Shown: piece after piece, positions 1 to 12,088 of the stretch
Numbering within the stretch: the first letter of the stretch is position 1
Layout: each line of letters opens with the position of its first letter
Assembly (NCBI RefSeq): GCF_044704955.1
Contig: NC_091981.1
Span: 264,926,001-264,990,000, forward strand
DNA from: Pristiophorus japonicus
Lineage: Eukaryota
Direction of reading: 5' to 3'
DNA length: 64,000 nt
Translations under genes and position numbers: made by a program
Notes under the pieces: generated by a model
Told to the model about the DNA's origin: nothing
What the model saw: the letters and a program-made list of their open reading frames with translations, nothing else
Database searches by the model: none

Positions 1-1037
1 CTATGTCTAGATTTCTCAGTAGTATGCATCAGATATTCTTAAACATAGTGATGACTTTCCATTTGTATCAGCACCCAGCTGATAAAAAAAATCAAGCCTG
101 AGCAATAGTCACGTGTGTAATTTATAGAAGAGTGCCTAATATAGGTAAAAACCGGGATGAGATCCTACATGCTGAATTTAGGGAGCGAGGAGTGAAATTA
201 AAAAGTTGGACCTCAAAGGTAGTAATCTCAGGATTGCTACCAGTGCCACGTGCCAGTCAGAGTAGGAATTGCAGGATAGCTAAGATGAATACGTGGCTTG
301 AGGAATGGTGCAAGAGGGAGGGATTCAAATTCCTGGGACATTGGAACTGGTTTTGGAGGAGGTGGGACCAGTACAAACCAGACGGTCTGCACCCGGGCAG
401 GACTGGAACCAATGTCCTAGGGGGAGTGTTTGCTAGTGCTGTTGGGGAGGAGTTAAACTAATATTGCAGGGGATGGGAACCTATGCAGGGAGACAGGGGG
501 AAGTAGAATGGGGGCAGAAGCAAAAAATAGAAAGGAGAAAAGGAAAAGTGGAGGGCAGAGAAACCCAAGGCAAAAATCAAAAAGGGCCACATTACAACAA
601 AATTCTAAAGGGACCAAGTGTGGCAAAAAGACAATCCTGAAGGCTCTGTGCCTCAGTGCAAGGAGTATTCATAATAAGGTCGACGAATTAACTACGCAGG
701 CAGCTATTAACGAATATGATATAATTGGCATTACGGAGACATGGCTCCAGGGTGACCAAAGCCGGGAACTCAACATCAAGTGGTATTCAACATTGAGGAA
801 GGATAGACAGAAAGGAAAAGGAGGTGGGGTAGCGTTACTGATTAAAGAGGAGATTAACGCAATAGTAAGGAAAGACATTAGCTTGGATGATGTGGTATCT
901 ATATGGATAGAGCTGCGAAATACCAAAGGGCAGAAAACGTTAGTGGGAGTTGTGTACAGACCACCAAACTGTAGTAGTGACGTTGGGGATGACATCAAAC
1001 AGGAAATTAGGGATGTGTGCAATAAAGATACAGCAGT

Positions 1038-1338
1038 AGCGAAATGAGGAGAAACTTCTTCACTCAGAGAATTGTGAACCTGTGGAATTCTCTACCACAG
1101 AAAGTTGTTGAGGCCAGTTTGTTCGATATATTCAAAAGGGAGTTAGATGTGGCCCTTACGGCTAAAGGGATCAAGGGGTAGGGGGAGAAAGCAGGAATCC
1201 CCATTCCTGCTTTCTCCCCCTACCCCTTGATCCCTTTAGCCGTGAAGTTGCATAATCAGCTATGATCATATTGAATGGTGGTGCAGGCTCGAAAGGCTGA
1301 ATGGCCTACTCCTGCACCTATTTTCTATGTTTCTATGT
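1038..1338 (+). mobile_element. Short CR1 3'-end insertion nested in the endonuclease region of the host CR1
   Basis: Starts at GAAATGAGGAGAAACTTCTTC, ends in TTTCTATG repeats; host resumes with TCATGGGTGACTTTAAT (MGDFN). Confidence 0.88.
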
Positions 1339-1872
1339 TTTCATGGGTGACTTTAATCTACATATAGATTGGGCTAACCAAACTGGTAGCAATACTGTGG
1401 AGGAGCATTTCCTGGAGTGAATAAGGGACGTTTTTCTCGACCAATATGTCAAGGAATCAACGAGAGAGCAAGCCATCCTCGACTGGATCTCGTGTAATGA
1501 GAGAGGATTAATTAGCAATCTTCTCATGCGAGGCCCCTTGGGGAAGGGTGACTATAATATGATAGAATTCTTCATTAAGATGGAGAGTGACACAGTTAAT
1601 TCAGAGACTAGGGTCCTGAACTTAAAGAAAGTTAACTTTGATTGTATGAGACGTGAATTGGCTAGGATAGACTGGCGAACGATACTTAAAGGGTTGACGG
1701 TGGATAGGCAATGGCAAACATTTAAAGATCACATGGATGAACTTCAACAATTGTACATCCCGATCTGGAGGAAAAATAAAACGGGGAAGGTGGCTTAACC
1801 GTGGCGAACAAAGGAAATTAAGGATAGTGTTAAATCCAAGGAAGAGGCATATAAATTGGTCAGAAATTGGTC

Positions 1873-2883
1873 AGCCCCAGCTGTTTACATTGTACATTAA
1901 TGATTTAGACGAGGGGATTAAATGCAGTATCTCCAAATTTGCGGATGATACTAAGTTGGGTGGCAGTGTGAGCTGCGAGGAGGATGCTATTAGGCTGCAG
2001 AGTGACTTGGATAGGTTAGGTGAGTGGGCAAATGCATGGCAGATGAAGTATAATGTGGATAAATGTGAGGTTATCCACTTTGGTGGTAAAAACAGAGAGA
2101 CAGACTATTATCTGAATGGTGACAGATTAGGAAAAGGGGAGTTGCAACGAGACCTGGGTGTCATGGTACATCAGTCATTGAAGGTTAGCATGCAAGGTAC
2201 AGCAGGCGGTTAAGAAAGCAAATGGCATGTTGGCCTTCATAGCGAGGGGATTTGAATACAGGGGCAGGGAGGTGTTGCTACAGTTGTACAGGCCCTTGGT
2301 GAGGCCACACCTGGAGTATTGTGTACAGTTTTGGTCTCCTAACTTGAGGAAGGACATTCTTGCTATTGAGGGAGTGCAGCGAAGGTTCACCAGACTGATT
2401 CCCGGGATGGCGGGACTGACCTATCAAGAAAGATTGGATCAACTGGGCTTGTATTCACTGGAGTTCAGAAGAATGAGAGGGGACCTCATAGAAACGTTTA
2501 AAATTCTGACGGGTTTAGACAGGTTAGATGCAGAAAGAATGTTCCCAATGTTGGGGAAGTCCAGAACCAGGGGTCACAGTCTGAGGATAAGGGGTAAGCC
2601 ATTTAGGACCGAGATGAGGAGAAACTTCTTCACCCAGAGAGTGGTGAACCTGTGGAATTCTCTACCACAGAAAGTAGTTGAGGCCAATTCACTAAATATA
2701 TTCAAAAGGGAGTTAGATGAAGTCCTTACTACTCGGGGGATCAAGGGTTATGGCGAGAAAGCAGGAAGGGGGTACTGAAGTTTCATGTTCAGCCATGAAC
2801 TCATTGAATGGCGGTGCAGGCTAGAAGGGCTGAATGGCCTGCTCCTGCACCTATTTTCTATGTTTCTATGTTTCTATGTTTCT
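1873..2883 (+). mobile_element. Young 5'-truncated CR1 (RT C-terminal part plus tail) nested in the older CR1
   Basis: The 183-aa ORF 2227-2778 matches the C-terminus of ORF 49882-52680 except RPLVRP vs RALVRP; ends in (TTTCTATG)3; host resumes at AAAAGCAACAAAC. Confidence 0.9.
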
Positions 2884-5436
2884 AAAAAGCAACAAACTTG
2901 ATGACTGGGAGAATTCAGCAGAGGAGGACAAAGGGTTTAATTAGGAGGGGGAAATACAGTATGAGAGGAAGCTTGCTGGGAACATAAAAACTGACAGCAA
3001 AAGCTTCTATAGATATGTGAAGAGAAAAAGATTAGTGAAGACAAACGTAGGTCCCTTGCAGTCAGAATCAGGGGAATTCATAATGGGGAACAAAGAAATG
3101 GCAGACCAATTGAACAAATACATTGGTTCTGTCTTCACGAGGGAAGACACAAATAACCTTCCGGAAATACTAGGGGACCGAGGGTCGAGTGAGAAGGAGG
3201 AACTGAAGGAAATCCTTATTAGTCAGGAAATTGTGTTAGGGAAATTGATGGGATTGAAGGCCAATAAATCCCCAGGGCCTGATAGTCTGCATCCCAGAGT
3301 ACTTAAGGAAGTTGCCTAGAAATAGTGGATGCATTGGTGATCATTTTCCAGCAGTCTTATCAAATCTGGATCAGTTCCTATGGACTGGAGGGTAGCTAAT
3401 GTAACACCACTTTTTAAGAAAGGAGGGAGAGAGAAAACGGGGAATCGGTTAGCCTGACATCGGTAGTGGGGAAAATGTTGGAATCAATTATTAAAGATGA
3501 AATAGCAGCGCATTTGGAAAGCAGTGACAGGATCGGTCCAAGTCAGCATGGATTTACGAAAGGGAAATCATGCTTGACAAAACTTCTAGAATTTTTTAAG
3601 GATGTAACTAGTAGAGTGGACAAGGGAGAACCAGTAGATGTGGTGTATTTGGACTTTTGAAAGGCTTTTGACAAGGTCCCACATAAGAGATTGGTGTGCA
3701 AAATTAAACCACATGGTATTGGGAGTAATGTATTGACGTGGATAGAGAACTGGTTGGCAAACAGGAAGCAGAGAGTTGGGATAAATGGGTCCTTTTCAGA
3801 ATGGCAGGCAGTGACTAGTGGGGTGCCGCAGGGCTCACTGCTGGGACCCCAGCTATATACAATATACATCAATGATTTAGATGAAAAAATTGAGTGTAAT
3901 ATCTCCAAGTTTGCAGATGACACTAAGCTGGGTGGCGGTGTGAGCTGTGAGGAGGATGTTAAGAGGCTGCAGGGCGACTTGGACAGGTTAGGGAGTGGGC
4001 AAATGCATGGCAGATGCAGTATAATGTGGATAAATGTGAGGTTATCCACTTTGGTAGTAAAAACACAAAGGCAGAATATTATCTGAATGGCGGCGGATTA
4101 GGAAAAGGGGAGCTGCAATGAGACCTGGGTGTCATGGTACATCAATCATTGAAAGTTGGCATGCAGGTACAGCAGGCGGTGAAGAAGACAAATGGCATGT
4201 TGGCCTTCATAGTTAGGGGATTTGAGTTTAGGAGCAGGGAGGTCTTACTGTAGTTGTACAGGGCCTTGGTGAGGCTTCACCTGAAATATTGTGTTCAGTT
4301 TTGGTCTCCTAATCTGAGGAAGGACATTCTTGCTATTGAGGGAGTGCAGTGAAGATTCACCACACTGATTCCCGGGATGGCAGGACTGACAGATGAGGAG
4401 AGACTGGATCGACTGGGCCTGTATTCACTGGAGTTTAGAAGGATGAGAGGGGATCTCATAGAAACATATAAAATTCTGACGGGATTGGACAGGTTAGATG
4501 CAAGAAGAATGTTCCTGATGTTGGGGAAGTCCAGAACCAGGGGACACAGTCTAAGGATAAGGGGTAAGCCATTTAGGACTGAGATGAGGAGAAACTTCTT
4601 CACTCAGAGAGTTGTTAACCTGTCGAATTCTCTACTGCAGAGAGTTGTTGATGCCAGTTCGTTGGATATATTCAAGAGGGAGTTAGATATGGCCCTTACG
4701 GCTAAAGAGATCAAGGGGTATGGAGAGAAAGCAAGAAAGGGGTACTGAGGTGAATGATCTGCCATGATATTATCGAATGGTGGTGCAGGCTCGAAGGGCC
4801 GAATGGCCTACTCCTACACCTATTTTCTATGTTTCTATGGGCCCAAGTTTCCACATAATTCGCGCCTGATTTTTAGGAGCAACTGGTGGAGAACGGACTA
4901 TTTTAGAAATCGCAATTTTCCACATTTTTTTTCCCGCAGTTCTAGTCAGGTAGAACAGTTCTAGTTTAGAACTGAATTTTTTCTTCAAAAGGGGGCGTGT
5001 CCGGCCACTGACGCCTGATTTGAAAGTTTCCACAGTGAAAATGTACTCCAAACTAAAGTAGAATGGAGCCAATGAAGATTTTTGTGGAACTGAAAAAACC
5101 TGTTCTACACATTAAAAAATCAGGCGCAGGTTACAAATTAGGCGTCCAGAACGAGGTGGGGGGGAGGGGGGGCGGGGGAAGGGAACATTAAATTCGACAA
5201 TAAATCCTTATTTATACTTCTACAAATATTACACAAATAAATCCAACCTGAATAAACATTTATAAGCCAAGAAAAGATTAAATAAACCATCTTCCTACCT
5301 GTGTGAAAGTGCTTCAGCCAGGGATAATTCTGCATCCGTTCGTGCCGCTGAGCGGGAGGAGGGGGAAGAAAGCTGTTCGTGTCGCTGAGCGGGAGGGGGA
5401 GAGAGAGAGAGAGGGAGGGAGAGAGAGAGAGGGGGG

Positions 5437-5729
5437 NNNNNNNNNNNNNNNNNNNNNNNNNNNNNNNNNNNNNNNNNNNNNNNNNNNNNNNNNNNNNNNN
5501 NNNNNNNNNNNNNNNNNNNNNNNNNNNNNNNNNNNNNNNNNNNNNNNNNNNNNNNNNNNNNNNNNNNNNNNNNNNNNNNNNNNNNNNNNNNNNNNNNNNN
5601 NNNNNNNNNNNNNNNNNNNNNNNNNNNNNNNNNNNNNNNNNNNNNNNNNNNNNNNNNNNNNNNNNNNNNNNNNNNNNNNNNNNNNNNNNNNNNNNNNNNN
5701 NNNNNNNNNNNNNNNNNNNNNNNNNNNNN
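5437..5729. other. Assembly gap (293 N) inside a GA/G-rich repeat
   Basis: Run of N flanked by (GA)n/G-rich sequence. Confidence 0.99.
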
Positions 5730-5779
5730 GGGAGAGAAAGAGGGGGGGAGAGAGAGAGGGGGGAAGAGAGAGGGGAGGG

Positions 5780-6165
5780 CGGGTCGGGTCGGGGAACAGG
5801 AGCGCGGGTCGGGTCAGTCGTGGGGGTGGAGCAGGTCTCGGATCTCGGGTCGGGGGTGGGGGGGAGCGGGTGTCGGGTCGGGGCGGGGGGGGAGCGGGTC
5901 TCGGGTCTCGGGTCAGGGCGGGGTGGCGGGGGGGAGCGGGTGTCGGGTCGGGTCGGGGCGGGGGGGGAGCGGGTGTCGGGTCGGGGCGGCGGGGGGGAGC
6001 GGGTGTCGGGTCGGGGCGCGGTGGGGGGAGCGGGTCTCGGGTCGGGGCGGGGGAGCGGGTGTCTGGTCGGCGGGGGGTGGTGGGGGGAGCGGGTGTCGGG
6101 TCGGGTCTGGTCAGCGGGGGTGGGGGGTGGGGAGCGGGTATCGGGTCTTGTCGGGGGCGGGGAGC
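5780..6165 (+). repeat. G-rich minisatellite, unit about 27-32 bp (GGGGGAGCGGGTGTCGGGTCGGGGCG), internal to the MITE
   Basis: About a dozen imperfect tandem units visible. Confidence 0.9.
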
Positions 6166-6597
6166 AGGAGCTGGCCGTGGGAGGAGCCTTATTCACGCAG
6201 CCCCAGTGAGGCCATTGGGCCAGGGCTAGGGGCTGCGTGCTTCGGGCCCCTCCCACACAGTTCGGCGCCTGGAGCTACTGCACTTGCGTGCCGACTGTAG
6301 CGCGCATGTGCAGAGGTCCCGGCACTGTTTTCAGCGCCGGGACCTGGTTCCGTCCCCCCCACAGCTTGTGCTGGCTGCGCCAAGGGCCAGAGGACCTGTA
6401 AGTAGGTGGAGAATACCGAGGATTTTTTTAGGCGCCGTTTTAGGCGCGAAAAACTGCCGCCCAGCTCGGAGGGGCGCCCGTTTTTTTTCTTGTGGAGACT
6501 TGGGCCCGTAGTTTCTATGTTTCACATCCATGGAACCGTACCTCAGCTAGTGAATCAACGTTTTCAGAAAATGAGAAGGAAAAGAAAGCAAGACTTA

Positions 6598-7688
6598 CAT
6601 AAGATTACATCGGATATACGGCACAGAAACAGGCCATTCCAACCAGTCCATGGCAGTGTTTATGCTCCACTCGAGCCTCCTCCCATCTTTCCTCATCTAA
6701 ATCTATCAGCATAATCTTCGATTCCTTGCTCCCTCATATGCTTGTCTAGCCTCCCCTTAAATGCATCGATAATATTCTCTTCAACCACTCCTTGTAGTAG
6801 CAAGTTCCACATTCTCACCACTCTTTAAAGGGCTAGAAATTGGCCATTTTCTTCGGCGATATTTCGCCTTTTTTGATGGAAAAAGGTGTTCACCTAAATT
6901 GGTCAAAGTTGTGCGCCGGCAGTTTTGAAATGCTGCTGAAAAGCATACCGCCATTGTGCAAGATGAAAAAAAGTGACATCGCTTTAAATTGGCTGTTCGG
7001 CGCACTCATATTCTGGGTGAAAAAAATGCCCGAGAAAAGCTTGCGTTGCAGCCCCAGAAACAGCGGCAAGTATGAAGACCTGCAAAAAAGATAAGTTCAA
7101 TGTTTTATTTTTTAATTATTTTTCGCTAGATAAGTGTCTTGTGAATGTTTTGTGATTTTTTTTATTTTTTGTATTTTGCAATTGTTTTGTGTGTGTTTTT
7201 AGTGGTAATCGGCCTGAGCTTAAAGTAGGCAAGGACCGTGGCGAGGATTGTCATGCAACTCCAATTTTTACTGTCGGGTGCATTTTATGCCTTTAAAAAA
7301 TAGCGGTATTTTTAACAGTATTTTTGGCAAAAAATGTCAAAAAAATACCACTATCGCCAAAAGACCCATTTCTAGCCCATAGGGTAATGAATTTTCTTCT
7401 GAATTTACTATTGGATTTCTTGGTGACTATATTATATTGATGGCCTCTAGTTATTCTCTTCCCCACAAGTGGAAACATTCTCTCTGTATCCACTCCATCA
7501 AAATCTTTCGTAATTTTAAAGACTCTCTTAGGTCACACCTTCTTTTTTCAAGAGAAAAGAGACCCAGCCTGTTCATCCTCTCCTGATAGGTATACACTCA
7601 CATTTCTGGTATCATCCTTGTAAATCTTCTCTGCACCCTCTCTAGTGCCTCGATATAGTTTTTATAATACGGCGACCAGAACTGTAAA
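6598..7688 (-). mobile_element. Older CR1 3' fragment, split by a MITE
   Basis: Minus-strand translation ERMFPLVGKRITRGH; CR1 3' UTR hairpin region near 6620-6670. Confidence 0.8.
6830..7378. mobile_element. Harbinger-like MITE
   Basis: 11-bp TIR GGGCTAGAAAT / ATTTCTAGCCC; flanks AAA / ATA; interrupts contiguous CR1 sequence. Confidence 0.75.
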
Positions 7689-7689
7689 C

Positions 7690-8540
7690 TATACTTGCAT
7701 TTATATAGTGCCTTTCATGATGTCAGGATATTCCAAAGCGCTTGTGCTCTTCTTCAAATAGTGCTGTGGATCAATTGCATCCACCTGAGAGGGTTTATTG
7801 TTTCATCCGAAAGACAGCACCTTCGACAGTGCAGCACTCCCTCAGAGGAGGACGCTCCATAGTCCCTCACGGTTGACAGTGTCAAAGGCCTTTGTAAGGT
7901 CAAAGAAGGCCATGTACAAGGGATGGTGCTGTTCCCGGCATTTCTCTTGCATTTGTCACGCTGTAAAGATCATGTCCGTTGTACCCTGTAGTGGACAGAA
8001 TTCGCACTGTGAATTCGAGAGGAACTCCTCAGCCACATAGAGAAGACAGTTGAGGAGGATTCGAGCGATGACTTTCCCAATGGCTGACAACAGGGAGATT
8101 CCTCTGTAGTTGCCGCAGTCGGACTTGTCCCCTTTTTTAAAGATGGTCACGATTACTGCCAAAGACTGTCCTGAGTGGAGGAAGAGCATCCAGGAGGGCG
8201 CTGAGCACCTCGTGTCGAGAACATGCAGAAAACAAGCTCAGGCAGTGGAAGGAGCGTGCGGCAAGCCAGATTCCCCACCCACCCTTTCCTTCAATGACTG
8301 TCTGTCCCACCTGTGACAGAGACTGTATTTACCGTATTGGACTGTTCAGTCACCTGAGAACTCACTTTTGGAGTGGAAGCAAGTCTTCCTCGATTTCGAG
8401 GGACAGCCTATGATGATGGCTCCCTCAGTATCAGCACTGAAATGCCAGCCTAGATTTTGTACTCAAGTCTTTGGAGTGGAACTTGAACTCATGGCCTTCT
8501 GACTCAGACACGAGAGTGCTACCAACTGAGCCAGGGCTGC
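7690..8540 (-). mobile_element. Deu-domain SINE (SacSINE1/AmnSINE-like), internally deleted and split by an RTE insertion
   Basis: L2-type tail CTTGCATTTATATAGTGCCTTTCA at ~7695; TCATCCGAAAGACAGCAC core; tRNA-like head near 8470-8540. Confidence 0.75.
7846..8419 (+). mobile_element. RTE-clade LINE insertion with inverted 5' segment and 9-bp TSD
   Basis: 7846-~8157 reads as RTE RT on the minus strand (KKGDKSDCGNYRGISLLS...FDLTKAFD); ~8158-8419 is the RTE 3' end on the plus strand with (ATG)n tail; TSD CTCCCTCAG at 7837-7845 and 8420-8428. Confidence 0.88.
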
Positions 8541-8701
8541 GAAGGAAGAAAATTGGAGATGAAAAATAAAAAATGGGAGCAATGCTCAAGGTGCAAGATT
8601 ACAAGACGCAGCAGAGGGCTCTATTTGGAAGGGTCTGGGAAAAAGACAATGGTCTGCAATGTCCTCAGCCATTGAGAGCATCAGCATTCTTTAATTATTT
8701 T

Positions 8702-8932
8702 TGTTATGTATTGATGTGTGTCTCATCCTGGTACCTTAAATGTAATGTAAGCACAATGCTACACCACAGAGGGAGCTGTGGTGGGAAACCTGGAAGTGCC
8801 TGCAACAGGCAATATAAAAGGCACCACACCTGAAAGGCACTCTGGAGCTGAACAATAAAGAACGAAGGTCACAGCAGTTGGATTTACACCAGACCGAGTG
8901 GAGTCAGTGATTTGTGTGCTACATACACCACA
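8702..8932 (+). repeat. 5' LTR
   Basis: TG...CA ends, TATAAAA and AATAAA motifs, direct repeat of 12089-12311. Confidence 0.93.
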
Positions 8933-8967
8933 TTGGCGACTAGGAAGCGGACGAACTTCACGCAACG

Positions 8968-10300
8968 ATGGGTACTTTGGGCTCGCTAAAGGATTTTACC
9001 GTGGGCAATGATTGGGAGGCCTTCACGGAAAGGCTCGAGTACTACTTCACAGCAAACGACCTGATGAAGGACACGGACGCAATGAGAGATAAGCATAAGG
9101 CAATATTGCTCTCCAGTTGTGGAGATGAGGTTTACTGTCTTGTCAGGGATTTGCTGGCACCCGGGAGCACCAGGGACAAGTCATACGAGGAGCTGACTGA
9201 ACTCATTCGTGACCAGTTGAAACCGATGGAGAGCATCCTCACGGCCAGATACAAATTTTACCATCACTGCAGACCCGAGGGCCAGGATATCACCACATAT
9301 GCTGCGGACCTCAGGAGATTCGCGGCGCCGTGTGATTTTGGCGCACACCTTGATGAGGCGGGATGTTTTCGTTATGGGGATTGGCCACGAGGGACTCCTT
9401 CACAAGCTGTTAGCAACGGAACCCACAGTCACTCTGACAAAGGCCATCGCCATCAGCTGGGCATATATGACCTCGACTCGCAGCACCAAGCAAATAATTC
9501 ACACAGTCTCGAACCCGGCAGGCACTGTCCGCAGGATAGCGCCCACCACGGACAAAACTGCAGAACGTGGCTCTGCCCGGGGCAGAGAGCACAGACCTCG
9601 GGGTCCTGGAACTGAGGGGGGCCAATCAAGCAGCACCATGCTGGCGCTGTGGAGAAAGCCATGGGGCTCACCGTTGCAGGTTTGCGGAGTACACGTGCAA
9701 TACCTGCCACATTAAAGGCCGCCTTCAGCGTATGTGTAAAAGAAATCGGACTCACCATGTGGCTGAGGAGATGGGGGATGATCCATCATCCAGCGAGGGG
9801 CAGGCAGAAGATGTGAGGTGTTGGGACTATACACGTGTACCGACGATTTGCCCCCAGTGATAACAGAAGTAAAAATCAATGGAGTCTCTGTGAGTATGGA
9901 AGTGGACACGGGCTCGGGTCCGTCGTTGATGAGTCGGAGAGCTTTTGATAAACTGTGGATTAACCCAGCTGCACGACCCAAGCTGGTCCCGGTCACGGCG
10001 AAGCTGCGTACCTACACCAGGGAACTATGTTTCTATAGCAGGAATGGGGTACTGAAGTTGCATGTTCAGCCATGAACTCATTAAATGGCGGTGCAGGCTA
10101 GAAGGGCCGAATGGCCTACTCCTGCACCAATTTTCTATGTTTTCTATGTTTCTAATACCTGTTCTTGGCAGAGCAATGGTGCAGGTATCCCACGGGGACG
10201 AGACACACGCTTTACCTCTGTGGGTCGTTGCAGGCGATGGGCCGACACTCCTTGGCTGGAGGTGGATGGGGACGGTCCTTGGGAGCTGGGAAGACTTCAC
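8968..10300 (+). pseudogene. Frameshifted Gypsy gag-protease
   Basis: Gag WEAFTERLEYYFTAN...ARYKF; two zinc-knuckle-like motifs CWRCGESHGAHRC and CNTCHIKGRLQRMC; aspartic protease MEVDTGS and its C-terminal GPTLLG motif; split by a CR1 tail at ~10026-10154. Confidence 0.88.
10026..10154 (+). mobile_element. Very short CR1 3'-tail insertion within the Gypsy protease
   Basis: GCAGGAATGGGGTACTGAAGTTG...(TTTCTATG)n, same 3' UTR as the young CR1 copies. Confidence 0.85.
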
Positions 10301-10834
10301 CATTCCACAGGCTGCTGCTCCCCGGGGTGCTGCTGTGCCCCGGGTCCCCAGAGAGCAGCGCCGACCGAGCTGGAGCTGCAACCTCAATCCGCCCACAGGC
10401 AAGCCCCAGCCCCGGATCTCACACAGAGATCCTGCAGCCTCATCCCCCACAGGCAAGCAGCCCTGCAGAGAGGGGCCTAGTGGTGTGGGGGTGAGCCGGC
10501 GGGGTGCGAGGGATCCAGGATGGCTGGCGGATCGGAGGGGCCCACGCAGAGTGAGAGTCGAGCGGCGGCAGCAGCTGGAGGTCAGGGGCCACGGCGGCCG
10601 CAGGGGAGGCCGCGGGGGAGGCGGCAAGTGCGGCTGCCGGAGAAGCGACGGCGATGGCCGCAGGAGAGGCGGCAAGTCAAGTGGCAGCGGAGGGGAGCGG
10701 AGGCTGCGACGGCGGAGGGCATCTGGAGCGGCGGAGAGCAAGATGGCGGCGGCATCGTGTCCAGAGCAACAGAGCATCAAAGATGGCAGCGCCCAAGGAG
10801 AAGCCTCGTGGAATCCTCCTGCATCAAACATGGC

Positions 10835-12068
10835 GATAGAGGTATACAGATGGATGTGGTGTATTTAGATTTTCAAAAGGCATTCGATAAGGTGCCACAC
10901 AAAAGGTTACTGCAGAAGATAAAGGTACGCGGGGTCAGTGGAAATGTATTAGCATGGATAGAGAATTGGCTGGCTAACAGAAAGCAGAGAGTCGGGATAA
11001 ATGGGTCCTTTTCGGGTTGGAAATCGGTGGTTAGTGGTGTGCCACAGGGATCGGTGCTGGGACCACAACTGTTTACAATATACAGAGATGACCTGGAAGA
11101 GGGGACAGAGTGTAGTGCAACAAAATTTGCAGATGACACAAAGATTAGTGGGAAAGCGGGTTGTCTAGAGGACACAGTGAGGCTGCAAAGGGATTTAGAT
11201 AGGTTAAGCGAATGGGCTAAGGTTTGGCAGATGGAATACAATGTCGGAAAGTGTGAGGTCATCCACCTTGGGAAAAAAAACAGAAAAAGGGAATATTATT
11301 TGAATGGGGAGAAATTACAACATGCTGCGGTGCAGAGGGACCTGGGGGTCATTGTGCATGAATCCCAAAAAGTTAGTTTGCAGGTGCAGCAGGTAATCAG
11401 GAAGGCGAATGGAATGTTGGCCTTCATTGCGAGAGGGATGGAGTACAAAAGCAGGGAGGTCCTTCTGCAACTGTATAGGGTATTGGTGAGGCCGCACCTG
11501 GAGTACTGCATGCAGTTTTGGTCACCTTACTTAAGGAAGGATATACTAGTTTTGGAGCAGGTACAGAGACGATTCACTAGGCTGAGTCCGGAGATGAGGG
11601 GGTTGCCTTATGATGATAGATTGAGAAGACTGGGTCTTTACTCGTTGGAGTTCAGAAGGATGAGGGGTGATCTTATAGAAACATTTAAAATAATGAAAGG
11701 GATAAACAAGATAGAGGCAGAGAGCTTGTTTCCACTGGTCGGGGAGACTAGAACTAGGGGGCACAGCCTCAAAATACGGGGGAGCCAATTTAAAACCGAG
11801 TTGAGAAGGAATTTCTTCTCCCAGAGGGTTGTGAATCTGTGGAATTCTCTGCCCAAGGAAGCAGTTGAGGCTAGCTCATTGAATGTATTCAAATCACAGA
11901 TAGATAGATTTTTAACCAATAAGGGAATTAAGGGTTATGGGGAGCGGGCGGGTAAGTGGAGCTGAGTCCACGGCCAGATCAGCCATGATCTTGTTGAATG
12001 GCGGAGCAGGCTCGAGGGGCTAGATGGCCTACTCCTGTTCCTATTTCTTATGTTCTTATGTTCTTATG
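10835..12068 (+). mobile_element. CR1 subfamily B (TTCTTATG tail), 5'-truncated, RT frame open
   Basis: [25 protein letters not shown] in ORF to 11965; (TTCTTATG)3 tail. Confidence 0.93.
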
Positions 12069-12088
12069 GTGGGGGGGGGGAAGTATGA

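Larger units (their letters stand above)
131..4837 (+). mobile_element. CR1/HER1-type LINE (subfamily A, TTTCTATG tail), 5'-truncated in ORF1, decayed and interrupted by two younger CR1 insertions
   Basis: ORF1 SGNH-esterase C-terminus (132-461, DGLHP motif); APE endonuclease motifs TETW/YRPP (508-1047); RT motifs YLDF, GVPQG, FADD (3466-4086); stops and frameshifts; (TTTCTATG)n tail near 4823-4838. Confidence 0.93.
4839..6507. mobile_element. Non-autonomous TIR DNA transposon (PIF/Harbinger-like MITE) inserted in the CR1 tail
   Basis: TIRs GGGCCCAAGTTTCCACA (4839) and TGTGGAGACTTGGGCCC (to 6507), 16/17 match; CR1 tail repeat continues on both sides; homologous to 18357-19398; TSD not clean. 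Confidence 0.8.

Noticed and set aside
5138-6300. Long Pro/Arg/Gly-rich ORFs on both strands
   Set aside because: Products of a G-rich minisatellite and an N gap inside a MITE.
10520-11965. 481-aa ORF that looks like a novel RT with an Arg-rich N-terminus
   Set aside because: Chance in-frame join of GC-rich Gypsy internal DNA to a 5'-truncated CR1 at ~10835; not a gene.
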